This document shows, in pieces, positions 44,191 to 54,016 of a DNA stretch of 64,000 bases; the stretch's first letter is position 1, and the number at the start of each line of letters is the position of its first letter. A program made the position numbers and the translations under genes. The stretch comes from Spirochaetia bacterium. GTDB taxonomy: Bacteria; Spirochaetota; Spirochaetia; DSM-16054; Sediminispirochaetaceae. The DNA lies in the NCBI GenBank assembly GCA_034520965.1, contig JAXHMY010000003.1:32001-96000 (forward strand). The letters are read 5' to 3'. Below the pieces are notes generated by a model, which made no database searches, had not been told where the DNA came from, and worked only from the letters and a program-made list of their open reading frames with translations.

Positions 44191-45087
44191 AGCAATTTTA
44201 TCATAAATTGCTTTGAAAGCTTTTTTATCTTTATTTAATTCATTAGTTAGTTGCTTTGGATCTAAAATATACTTTTTCTTATGCTGAACTACTCGTTTTT
44301 CAGTATTATGGAGCATCTCAATAATATTATCCCTACAGTTTTTTTGTAAACCGTAGTATTCAAACAACTCGATTATTTTTTCATTAATCTCAATCGTCTC
44401 TTTGGTGATCTCTGGATAAAAACATGAGCTAATACTACTGTTTGGTTCAATATTGTATTGATAGTATTTTGAAGATAGAAATTTAATAGAGTGGGTGACT
44501 TTAAAAATGTTCAGATTGAAAAGCAGATCTTCCCCATATGAAAAACTCTCATCGAATCTTATTTTTTTAGTAACAGTATTCAGGTAAATCTTATTCCAGA
44601 TAGGATTGAAAATATATCTATTGAAATTTTGCTTTAATTCTTTTTCTAGCAATTGTTGAGTTGAGCAACTCATGTTTTGGAAATTTACTTCCTCAATATT
44701 ATTATCGGGGCTCATTTTTTTTGTGAAGCCTAAAATGTAAACATCTGTCTCATCGTTGATAGTTCTAACTATCGAATTAAATTCTCCAGCATCAATTTGA
44801 TCATCGGAATCTATAAAAATTATCCATTTTTTTGATGCGCTCTGAAGACCGATATTCCGTGCTGCTGAAACTCCTTGTTTTACAATTTTTTTATATTTTA
44901 TTCGTTGATCTCTTTTAATTTCACTACGAATAATATTTGATTCGGATTCATTTGACCCATCGTCTATTAATAGAAACTCTATATCGGGGATATCGATTCC
45001 ATTTATTGAATTTAAACACCGTAAGACTTTTTCGGATCGATTAAAGAAAGGAATAATGCATGATATGCTCATTTTTCTTCTTTCCAT
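44185..45087 (-). CDS. Glycosyltransferase family 2
   Basis: ISCIIPFFN, LLIDDGS, GVSAARNIGL, FIDSDD, GEDLLF; the listed ORF start lies inside attC, so the start is trimmed. Confidence 0.88.
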   Translation of the reverse strand: MERRKMSISCIIPFFNRSEKVLRCLNSINGIDIPDIEFLLIDDGSNESESNIIRSEIKRDQRIKYKKIVKQGVSAARNIGLQSASKKWIIFIDSDDQIDAGEFNSIVRTINDETDVYILGFTKKMSPDNNIEEVNFQNMSCSTQQLLEKELKQNFNRYIFNPIWNKIYLNTVTKKIRFDESFSYGEDLLFNLNIFKVTHSIKFLSSKYYQYNIEPNSSISSCFYPEITKETIEINEKIIELFEYYGLQKNCRDNIIEMLHNTEKRVVQHKKKYILDPKQLTNELNKDKKAFKAIYDKIAP

Positions 45088-45097
45088 GTTAAAGTCT

Positions 45098-45232
45098 CCA
45101 TAACGTTCACTTGAGTTGCCTGGCGCTGTTACGCAATAGCCCACTCTCTTTAACCATTGTAACCCGAGTTTCGCAATACAACAACTTCTTTGCCAAATAG
45201 TCCGCCAGGTCAACTCCAAGTGGTTGTTATGT
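45098..45232 (-). repeat. attC site
   Basis: Full conserved repeat. Confidence 0.9.
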
Positions 45233-45235
45233 TCA

Positions 45236-45938
45236 TTACATTTTACTTTTTATCCATATCCCTGTATATTCTGGTACAACTGCACTTTTACTCTCTAATA
45301 CTTTATCTTTCATTTCTTCTCCAAAGAAAAAACTTATTATTTGGGCAGCTTCTCTATAGTCATTGAATTTATAATCAGTTTTAACAATAGTTTTTACAAA
45401 CGCATATTCTTCTTCAAGCAAGCTATGAGAATTCTATTAAATCAGTATTATTTATTTCCGGATCTTTCACATTTGTACCAAGAGTTTCAATTAAATATTT
45501 TCACACTATTATCAGTGGTTATCTGATTTATGTTATTTAACAGCTTTAACAGTAGTACTCTGAATATCATTATTGTTTTCAACTATAGTGTGTCCAAAAC
45601 TCCATCCTTCAATAAATATATGTGCTTTATTTTTTACCAAAGGCAAATTCTCATTTTCACCAACATTCAAAACTATTTTATCTGAATATTTTTTTAAGTT
45701 TTTTTTACATCTATTTAGCAATATGAGCTTCCCGATCAAACCCATAGAGCTTCTCTATTTTGTCAATATATATTTTGGAGAGACGTCCCGTACCGATACC
45801 TGCCTCATATACGATCTTTTTATCCCATTCTATTTTATTTAATAGCTCTTCAGTCAAGTTGTTTTGATAATCTTCAGCGGTTACCAACTTGTCGTATTCG
45901 GTAGCATACTTTTTATATATTTCACTCATTTTCGGCAA
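45236..45938 (-). pseudogene. SAM methyltransferase copy with several small insertions (possibly sequencing errors)
   Basis: Otherwise near-identical to 37422-38120. Confidence 0.75.
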
Positions 45939-46072
45939 AACAATTTTCCCTTCCTCATTTTGTTAATCTAAAACTCACAATAACTTTTGAGATTAAAATA
46001 GTATTATAAATAATTTTTATCTTACATGCCCACTAAGTTTAACCAACTTCAGCATCGATAGTAATTTCATGA

Positions 46073-46208
46073 ACATAACGTTCACTTGAGTTGCCTGGCG
46101 CTGTTACTGCAATAGTCCACTCTCTTTAACCATTGTAACTCCAGTTTTCCGAATCAAAAATCTCTTCTCCAATTTCATCGCCAGGACAACTCCAAGTGGT
46201 TGTTATGT
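46073..46208 (-). repeat. attC site (first cassette)
   Basis: Full conserved repeat. Confidence 0.9.
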
Positions 46209-46212
46209 TTAA

Positions 46213-47026
46213 TCAGTTATCTAATTTTAATAATTTATTAGCATACTCAGATCCATGGTTTTCACACCAATATGTTTTCATGTAATACGCATTATTAAAA
46301 TCGAAGTTTTTATTATCTTTCAATGATAATGATTGCCATATATCTTTTTTCTCACCAGTATAGGTACCGTTTTCACACCCACAAGACTTAAGTGCATAAT
46401 CAGATTTTAATTCTTTATAATATCTATCTGAAACCATTAACTGTCCCTTTTCTGTCAAACTCGCTAATTTTGCAGCCATATTCACTGGCTTACCTGCCCA
46501 TACTTCATTTCTTCTATCTGATCTATTATTCCTTTTGCCTTAAACCTATTTTTTTTACTAATACAGTCTTTTTATCTATTCCTATATGTACACCTAAATC
46601 CAATTTACTTCTTTGCTTATATAAAGGAATAAAAGATTTTTCTACAAATGTTTTTACAGTAACAGCGGATACAAGCGATCTATAAATTTCATTTTTATTA
46701 AATAATGCAAAAACGCCATCACCCTGCACTTCGACATATGAAGCATCATAAAAATGAAAAATTTTTATTATTGTACCTGTAAATAATTCATATGCACTGG
46801 CAGTGCTCGAATCATATTTTTGTTCTGCAGAAAGTCTTGTTGAACCAATCATATCCGTATATACACATATTACATCATTTATCTTGAGCCATTTATTTCC
46901 TTCTTTTGGAATATTATTTGTGTCTGGAATGCTGTCAATTATATCAATATTATTTTTCTGATTAAACAGTTCTATTTGTTCGTTTATTTTATCTAAAATA
47001 CCTTTCGGTAGTTGTTTTTCATCCAT
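46213..47026 (-). CDS. pycC: Pycsar-type nucleotide cyclase, copy 2 (frameshift at ~46530)
   Basis: Near-identical to 29660-30471. Confidence 0.8.
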
Positions 47027-47036
47027 ACTAATATCC

Positions 47037-47542
47037 CTATAACAAAATTGTTAAAAAAGTTAATATCAAACCAATTGTAAATATGCTAATTGCAATATTA
47101 AATGCTCTAAATTTTTCTAAAACAATATTTGATAGTGTATAAATCTGCTTTGCTATATCTTTTTCTTCTTTATTTAATTCTTCATTATTAAAATACTCCC
47201 TCTGTATTATTTCAATAAATTCATCCTTAGTTTGTATGCAAGCTATATCTGAAAAAAGAAATAAATTTGGATTTGATACAATTTTTCTGCGTCTTGCATA
47301 GATCTGTTTTGTTTTAGGTATCATACTTAACAGACTAATCAATAGTGATAATATTAATAATATAATACTTATAAAAAATATTAAGCTATCATTGTTGTAT
47401 AATAATCTCTGGCTTTTCAGAAACCCAATTAATGCAATTACAAAACCTATTAGTATTGTGTTTTTACTTTCTGCATATTTAATTAAATTTTGCAAATTCT
47501 CAAAATTTCGCTCATTAATTTACTTATCTTGTCCATTATCAT
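47037..47542 (-). CDS. pycTM: Pycsar transmembrane effector, copy 2 (indel at ~47508)
   Basis: Near-identical to 30482-30987. Confidence 0.8.
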
Positions 47543-47555
47543 GCTCCAGGATTAA

Positions 47556-47600
47556 ACATAACATCTTAAATTCCTGGTGTGCTGTGGCGAAGTGCTGCTA
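47556..47600 (-). other. attI site; crossover core GTTATGT at 47562-47556
   Basis: Identity with the other Pycsar cassette stops exactly at ACATAAC, where non-attC sequence follows; outer boundary approximate. Confidence 0.8.
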
Positions 47601-47674
47601 TTGGCCGGTGGGGTGATATGCTGGATAAATTTAGCTTAAGGCGGCTTTGAAGCACACATTCGTTCATCCTTGTA

Positions 47675-47703
47675 ATAGTAAGTGGAAACCAGGCAAAGTG
47701 CAA
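47675..47703 (-). promoter_or_regulatory. Candidate cassette promoter Pc
   Basis: TTGCAC (47703-47698)-17 nt-TACTAT (47680-47675), pointing into attI. Confidence 0.6.
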
Positions 47704-47715
47704 GGAGGAATTTAG

Positions 47716-48998
47716 ATGCTTAAAGGTGAAATCCAGTTCAGGGAGTATCTATATAAAGTAGCGCATATCCGACAGTGCGAAGTGCCCTATTATATTCAAT
47801 GGGTAAAGAATTTTAAAAACTATTTTCCTGAAGATGTGTATAACAGAAGCACTATCTTGGAACAGTATAAAGGCATAATAGTCTATCGCCTTTATGGGTG
47901 GCAAGTGCAACAGGCTCTTTCTGCTGTAAAGCATTATTGGTACTTTTTGGACAGCCGCTCTTCAGATATGCTTAAACAAGCAGCACCAGAGCAACCGACT
48001 GCTTCCAACGGCGTTGACAAGGCGGAAATGGCGGTGATGGAGGAGGCGCGCCGCATGTTAAGGCTCACCCACCGCTCTTATAAGACCGAACGTTCTTACA
48101 TGGGCTGGATACGGCGGTTCATAGTTTTTATAAAGAAAAATCGCTTTCAATTTGAAAAAGAACGCATAGACCAGGCCGATCTAAAGAGTTTTCTTACCTA
48201 TCTGGCAGTTGAAAAGCAGGTTGCCTCCTCAACCCAGCAGCAGGCATACAATGCCTTGTTGTTTCTTTTTCGCCATGTACTTGGAAAGACTGTAGAGGGT
48301 CTGAACGAAACCATCCGCGCATTCAAACCCAAACGCCTGCCGGTAGTTCTCAGTGAGACCGAAGTTTCCGGTTTGATTCGCCTGCTGCCTTCTCCGTATG
48401 ATTTAATGGCAATGATAATTTATGGTGGTGGGCTTAGACTTTCAGAGTGTATAAGTGTTCGTGTTCATGATCTCGATTTTGATAATGAACGAATCAGTGT
48501 TCATGGCGGCAAGGGCGATAAAGACAGAATCACTCTTTTTCCAAAGGCCGTTCATTCAGCACTGCAAGGTCATCTTAAGGAGGTACGAAAGCTCTACGAA
48601 GAGGACCGTCGTTTGAAGCAACCCGGGTGCCCCTCCCCCAGGCTCTGCAGCGTAAGTATCAATCAGCCTCTTTCGATTGGGGCTGGTTTTGGGTCTTTCC
48701 CTCGCCGCGTCTCAGTATCGATCCACGCAGCGGCGACACTTACCGCATGCACTTGTACCCATCTACCCTCCAAAAGCACTTTAAACAGGGCGTTCGTAAG
48801 TTAAAACTGACAAAGAATGCTACGGTTCATTCCTTGCGGCACAGTTTTGCAACCCACTTAATCGAAGCAGGGTACGATATACGAACAGTGCAGGAGCTAC
48901 TCGGTCACTCAAATATTAACACAACCATGATCTACACCCACGTGGCGGTGAAAAACAAGTTGGGGGTTATCAGTCCCTTAAGCAAACTCGAGTTGTAA
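47716..48998 (+). CDS. intI: Integron integrase (single frameshift at ~48625)
   Basis: [41 protein letters not shown], IntI-specific insert LPQALQRKY...[18 protein letters not shown]...LLGH...TMIYTHV. Confidence 0.95.
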
Positions 48999-49007
48999 GT
49001 GCTGTTA

Positions 49008-51038
49008 TCAGCCCAGCCACTTGGACAGTATTTTTTTGTAGGCTCTGGTGTTTTTCAGCTCATCCAGGGCCCGGGAAAATTGGCTGATGTAAGCGGGGTC
49101 GGTTTGGGTGCTGAAGACCATGTAGATGTCGCCGGAGATGTCCTTCATTTCGAGCACCGGTTCAAACTGCGTGGCGTCGTAGCCCTTGGCCTGGATGTGC
49201 CGGGTGGCCTGGGAGGCAGTCAGGGCAATCAGGTCTACCTTTTCCGCCAGCAGTGATGCGAAGTTTTCCCCCTGCTCTTCCACCGGAAAAAGGCCGTCTC
49301 CGGCTTCCAATCCCCGGTCGCGGAAGTAGTGGTGCTCAAAATTGTCCTCCACAACCCCAATACGGTAGCTCAGTGCATCTTTCATAGATGAAGGATTTAC
49401 ATCAACCCGGCCGCCTTTACGGTACAGGTTCATCTTGTCGGTAAACAGCGGGCCAACCCAGTGGAAAAGCTCTTCCCGGTCGGCGGTGCGCAACATCGAA
49501 TACAGCAGAATGTTCGGCTCGCGCAGGGCAATATGGTAGGCCACAGTCCAGGTCATAAACTCGATGGGCCAGTGGATGTCCAAGCGCTCCAGTAGCGCCT
49601 GCAGTATTTCCGTCGATATGCCGGTGGCTCCGTTTTTACCCATATAGTTATAGGGCGGCATTTGCTCGGCAATGATGAGCGGGGCGGTTTTGTACTGCTC
49701 GATCTCTTTTTTAAGCCCCGCCAGATTGTCCTTGTTGGTGTTTTGAAGAGCAGCAAGGCCTTCTATGGTTGAGGATACGGTTTCGATTTCAGAGGTGATG
49801 CTGTGCACTTGGTCGAGGTTGTTCTGCGAGAGTTGTGACAAGCCCGTCATAAATTCTTCAACACTGTTCATACGGCCGTTCATTTCTTCTGATGAGGATT
49901 GCACGTCCTGGCTGATATCCTTCAGTTCGGTAAGGGATGTGGTAATTTCGTTGCTGCTGGTGGCCATTTCGCTCATGCCGTTCATCATCTCGCCCATGCT
50001 TTGGGAAAACTCTTGAATTTTAGTAAGAATGTCGTGGATAGAGTCACCGGTTTTTTCTGCAATGGTGGACATGGTTTCAATGTTTGTGGATATACCCTGC
50101 AGCTCATTTGTAATAGAACTGGAGTTTTCTCCGGTGGTTTCTGAAAGCCGTCGGATTTCATCGGCAACGACTGCAAAGCCCTTCCCCGCCTCACCCGCAT
50201 GGGCAGCTTCAATGGCGGCGTTCATAGACAGAATATTGGTGTTTTCAGAGAGGCTTTTGATTACTTCGGTCATTTCATACATTACCGAGGTAGATTGTGC
50301 AATTTTGCGGGTTCCCTCCAGGGTACTGTCCATGTTCTCTTTTCCCTGCTCCGACAGCTGCACCAGATGTTCGATTGTTCCGCTGTTGCTCTGCATGTTT
50401 TCGGTTATATTTTGAATGGTGGCATGGGTTTCTTCCACTGCGGCGGAGGATTGGGCAACCGCGGAGGACTGAGAGGTAATAAGCTGAACCACATTGTCCA
50501 GATGGCTATTAATGCCGCGGACATCCTCATTCGAACGGGAGAGACTTTCGTTGAGGGTGCTAAACTCCTTCTGCAAGCCCTGCATGGTCTCTGAAATATG
50601 TCGAACAAACAAGTTGATCTCTTCAGATTTCTTCGTTAATTCCTGCCCAATGTTAGTGCCGAATTTTTCAATATTCCGCATCCGCAGCAGCAGAATATTG
50701 AAATGGTTGATAAACTCGTTGTAAGCCCTAAAAAGGTCGCCAATGTCATCCCGGCGCTTTGAGGGTACGGTAATATTCAGATCACCCTCTCCGCTGGTCA
50801 ACGCGTGTATTTGAGCGGTTAAATTCCGAATTGGAAGCAGTACCTTTCGATGCAACATCCACAGGCAAAGCGCTATAAATAAAATTACGGATATTCCATA
50901 TATTCCAAACGATCGTACCGCATCCCCTATAGAATAGTTTTCCGAGATAAGGCTATGCAATAGGGTGCCGGCGGCTATCATTCCCAGGCCGATAATTCCG
51001 CACAGTATTGCAAACCACAAGGTCAATGATCGTCTCAT
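49008..51038 (-). CDS. Methyl-accepting chemotaxis protein with a C-terminal solute-binding (family 3-like) domain
   Basis: 2 [38 protein letters not shown]; then MPPYNY...GISTEIL...RTADRE...WVGP. Confidence 0.85.
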   Translation of the reverse strand: MRRSLTLWFAILCGIIGLGMIAAGTLLHSLISENYSIGDAVRSFGIYGISVILFIALCLWMLHRKVLLPIRNLTAQIHALTSGEGDLNITVPSKRRDDIGDLFRAYNEFINHFNILLLRMRNIEKFGTNIGQELTKKSEEINLFVRHISETMQGLQKEFSTLNESLSRSNEDVRGINSHLDNVVQLITSQSSAVAQSSAAVEETHATIQNITENMQSNSGTIEHLVQLSEQGKENMDSTLEGTRKIAQSTSVMYEMTEVIKSLSENTNILSMNAAIEAAHAGEAGKGFAVVADEIRRLSETTGENSSSITNELQGISTNIETMSTIAEKTGDSIHDILTKIQEFSQSMGEMMNGMSEMATSSNEITTSLTELKDISQDVQSSSEEMNGRMNSVEEFMTGLSQLSQNNLDQVHSITSEIETVSSTIEGLAALQNTNKDNLAGLKKEIEQYKTAPLIIAEQMPPYNYMGKNGATGISTEILQALLERLDIHWPIEFMTWTVAYHIALREPNILLYSMLRTADREELFHWVGPLFTDKMNLYRKGGRVDVNPSSMKDALSYRIGVVEDNFEHHYFRDRGLEAGDGLFPVEEQGENFASLLAEKVDLIALTASQATRHIQAKGYDATQFEPVLEMKDISGDIYMVFSTQTDPAYISQFSRALDELKNTRAYKKILSKWLG

Positions 51039-51229
51039 ATATGTCTCTCCTGTATGTGCTTATTACAGGATACAGTATATTTGTAAAATGTAAATAAATA
51101 TTTTGTAATATCTAATAAGTATATTTAGTCCACATTTAAGCTTAATTCGGTTTACTGCAGTGGCACCCCGACGGCGGCGCGTAACGTCGTCCCGATGCAG
51201 AGCCTGCACATACACGCATTACGGAGTTT

Positions 51230-51625
51230 CTAGGGTTCCGCCGGAATAAAATCTATGGTCGCTGAATAGCTTATTGTTTCCTGTACCCGCCATGAATCAT
51301 CTTGGGCTTTCAGGGGAAACTGCATCTGCAGACTGGTCTCTTTGTTTGAAAACTCTACTAGCACGGTAGCACTGCGCCCGTTTATCTGCACAGTTTTGAT
51401 ATCGTAAGTAGAGAATTGTCCAATATGATCGTACAACTGCTCCCTTTGCTGCTGCGGCAGTTCGTCAAAAAAGGGGGCCGCCCGTCGAATTGATTCGGCA
51501 TCCCCGGCATAAAGGCCATCAACAAACTGCTGAACCACATTTTCGGCTGCAGAGCGTCCGGGTGAGGCACAGGAAAAAACAAGCAGAAAAGTGATGATTG
51601 ATAGGCTAATATTTTTTGTGTTCAT
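51230..51625 (-). CDS. Small lipoprotein
   Basis: LLVFSC lipobox-like motif. Confidence 0.65.
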   Translation of the reverse strand: MNTKNISLSIITFLLVFSCASPGRSAAENVVQQFVDGLYAGDAESIRRAAPFFDELPQQQREQLYDHIGQFSTYDIKTVQINGRSATVLVEFSNKETSLQMQFPLKAQDDSWRVQETISYSATIDFIPAEP

Positions 51626-51648
51626 AAAATCAACATAAACTCATAATC

Positions 51649-51673
51649 ACCGCAGGGAAAAACTCCCTGCGGT
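51649..51673. terminator. Hairpin or possible terminator
   Basis: ACCGCAGGGA-N5-TCCCTGCGGT perfect 10-bp stem between co-oriented genes. Confidence 0.5.
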
Positions 51674-51680
51674 TTCAAGC

Positions 51681-52070
51681 TTAGTCCTGGTATTTGACTA
51701 CCGTTCCTTCAATCTTCGCATGTGCCGGAGCATACACGCCCCAGGTAAGCCCATTTAACAGCAGATCCACAAAGGTAGCTTCATATTTTACGGTCACATT
51801 TACCGCCGCATCGCCGGAGTATTTGTTAATTTCCCGGCGTACGGCATCGTAAATCGGATTGTCCATTGCAGTAGAGGTTGCGTTTACAAAGTTCGCACCT
51901 CCGGAGCTACCGAGAAACTCATTTACCATTACGCTTGTTTTAAATTCACCCACCGTCTGGTAGGAAGGCATATCTTCATTCATCTGGATGCCGGAGAGCT
52001 GGAAGGTTGTACATGAAGCCGCAAACAGCACCATCAGTACTACACCGGTTATAAGAACAGCTTTTTTCAT
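51681..52070 (-). CDS. Small lipoprotein
   Basis: LFAASC lipobox-like motif; GGGGG RBS. Confidence 0.7.
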   Translation of the reverse strand: MKKAVLITGVVLMVLFAASCTTFQLSGIQMNEDMPSYQTVGEFKTSVMVNEFLGSSGGANFVNATSTAMDNPIYDAVRREINKYSGDAAVNVTVKYEATFVDLLLNGLTWGVYAPAHAKIEGTVVKYQD

Positions 52071-52491
52071 CTTAAATCCCCCTGGTAAAAAACATTGATG
52101 CTTAGAGCTTAGATAGTAAAAAGTGCATTGTCAATGTTTCCAGCTGAAAATTTTATGTCATTTGCAGCCCAAGCGGATTTAAGTGCTCACACCGACGATA
52201 TTGCTCAGGATTAAGAGTGATCAATATTGATGTATAGCGTGCAAATTGCAAAACAAAAATTACAATTTCAGGAATTCTGATTTTGGAAGTCATAAGACTT
52301 CCAAAATGAGAATACCTACAACATCTTTAAGATAAACTACTTACCTTAAACAAAATGTAAGCATTCGCAATTTCAAAATTTTCCAAAAATTTTCAAATTG
52401 CGAATTGCTGTTACAATTTGCATTTTAACTTATTAAGAACTATACTTTTAAATAAGAAATATAAGAGCTACTGCTCTTGAAAGGAAGTAAT

Positions 52492-53226
52492 ATGAATATA
52501 ACAGCTGTATTAAAGGATAGTTTCGATTTAATGAAAAGAAACTGGGTCCTATTCGTGCCATTTTTGGGGGCCTTCGTGCTGATGGCCCTTATCTCACTGA
52601 TTTCCGTGGGAACACTGGTTCCCTTCGGCGACTTTCAATCGATGGGGCAAGTTTCACAAGAGGAGGCAATCGGTTTTGCCGGAACTTCCCTTTTAGTTGT
52701 CTTTATTACGATGCTGCTGTCCGGTATTATCGGTCTCTTAGCCCATGGCATGACAATCACCATGATTGACGATGCCTTAAAAACGGAAAAAGCATCTCTG
52801 AAGGGAGGTTGGTCTAAAACCCTTCACAGTATTGTGCCGCTTTTAATTGCCTCAGTTCTCGTAGGTGCAATTGTTAGTATCGGGTTTATACTCCTGGTAC
52901 TTCCCGGTATCATTGCAATCTTTTTCCTGATGTTCAGCGTAGTAGCAGTTATCAGCGATCAAACTAATGGTTTTTCAGCACTTGGCCATAGTGCTCGAAC
53001 AGTTTTTCGGAATTTCAAAACCACAGTTGTGCTGTTTTTAATTCTGATTGCATTGGGAGTGCTCTTTGGCATTGTCTCGATTATCCTGGGGCTCATCCCC
53101 ATTCTGGGTGTAATCCTGGGTATCATCGCGTCCGCCGTATTCGGAGTATATACAACCATCTTTTTGGTAATTAGCTACAACAACCTTGAATCAAATCCGG
53201 CTACCCAGCCCGACGCTACAGTGTAA
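52492..53226 (+). CDS. Integral membrane protein, paralog of 5017-5757
   Basis: Multiple TM segments; shared motifs. Confidence 0.7.
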   Translation: MNITAVLKDSFDLMKRNWVLFVPFLGAFVLMALISLISVGTLVPFGDFQSMGQVSQEEAIGFAGTSLLVVFITMLLSGIIGLLAHGMTITMIDDALKTEKASLKGGWSKTLHSIVPLLIASVLVGAIVSIGFILLVLPGIIAIFFLMFSVVAVISDQTNGFSALGHSARTVFRNFKTTVVLFLILIALGVLFGIVSIILGLIPILGVILGIIASAVFGVYTTIFLVISYNNLESNPATQPDATV

Positions 53227-53234
53227 GCCTATTT

Positions 53235-53993
53235 TTAAGATGTGGCGCTGTTGTTTTCGTTTCGGCGGTCTGAAAAGAAATCAGCCACTACCGGATGCGT
53301 AGAGAGCAGTGCCTCGTCGAAACTCCCTTCAAAAGCAATCTGCCCCTGGTCTAGAAAAATAATATGGTCTGCTAATCGGCCGATACTGGCAACATCGTGG
53401 CTCACGATAATAACTGTCATATTCAGTTTATCCCGTAAACTCGCAATCAGAGCATCCAGCCGCTTACTTGTAATGGGGTCTAAGCCAGATGTAGGTTCAT
53501 CACAAAACAGCAGTTCAGGATCCATGGCGATTGCCCGGGATAGGGCAGCCCGCTTTTGCATGCCCCCCGACAGCTCGGCCGGACGGCTGTCGATGGACCC
53601 ACCGATTCCCAAAAGCTCAAGCTTCCGCTGAATATTGAGCCGGATCAATTCCGGCGGCAGATTGCTGTGCTGCTCCAGAGGAACCGCTGCATTTTCGAGG
53701 ATGGTATTCGACCCCATGAGGGCGTTATTCTGAAACAACATACCAATGCGGGTGCGCAATTCGCGCAGCTCCTCCTCACTTGCAGTGGACAGATCAGTTC
53801 CAGCAACTACTACCTGCCCGCTAAGCGGTGTATAAAGGCCCAAAAGGTGTTTTAGCAGGGTGGTTTTTCCGCAGCCGCTGGGGCCGATTATGGCGGTTAC
53901 GGTTTCCGGCAGTATCTTTAGGGAAATCCCCTTTAATACCTGTTTCTCACCAAAGGCAGCGTATAGATTATCAACCCGGATAATCGGTTGCAT
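53235..53993 (-). CDS. MlaF-like ABC ATPase
   Basis: GPSGCGKT, LSGGMQKR, FCDEPTSGLDP; the true start is downstream of mlaE. Confidence 0.88.
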   Translation of the reverse strand: MQPIIRVDNLYAAFGEKQVLKGISLKILPETVTAIIGPSGCGKTTLLKHLLGLYTPLSGQVVVAGTDLSTASEEELRELRTRIGMLFQNNALMGSNTILENAAVPLEQHSNLPPELIRLNIQRKLELLGIGGSIDSRPAELSGGMQKRAALSRAIAMDPELLFCDEPTSGLDPITSKRLDALIASLRDKLNMTVIIVSHDVASIGRLADHIIFLDQGQIAFEGSFDEALLSTHPVVADFFSDRRNENNSATS

Positions 53994-54016
53994 TTCAAAG
54001 CTCCTCATATAAGCCC

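Larger units (their letters stand above)
7305..48998. mobile_element. Sedentary chromosomal integron: intI, attI and ~24-cassette array on the minus strand
   Basis: Integron integrase divergent from an AT-rich array of co-oriented genes separated by conserved ~135-bp imperfect palindromes with AAC/GTT core ends. Confidence 0.95.

Noticed and set aside
8625..46208. Regularly recurring repeat read as a CRISPR array
   Set aside because: Repeats are ~135 bp and separated by gene-sized intervals; there are no cas genes, and an integron integrase is adjacent
48600..48660. Programmed frameshift controlling intI
   Set aside because: No slippery heptamer is evident, and similar indels occur throughout the window
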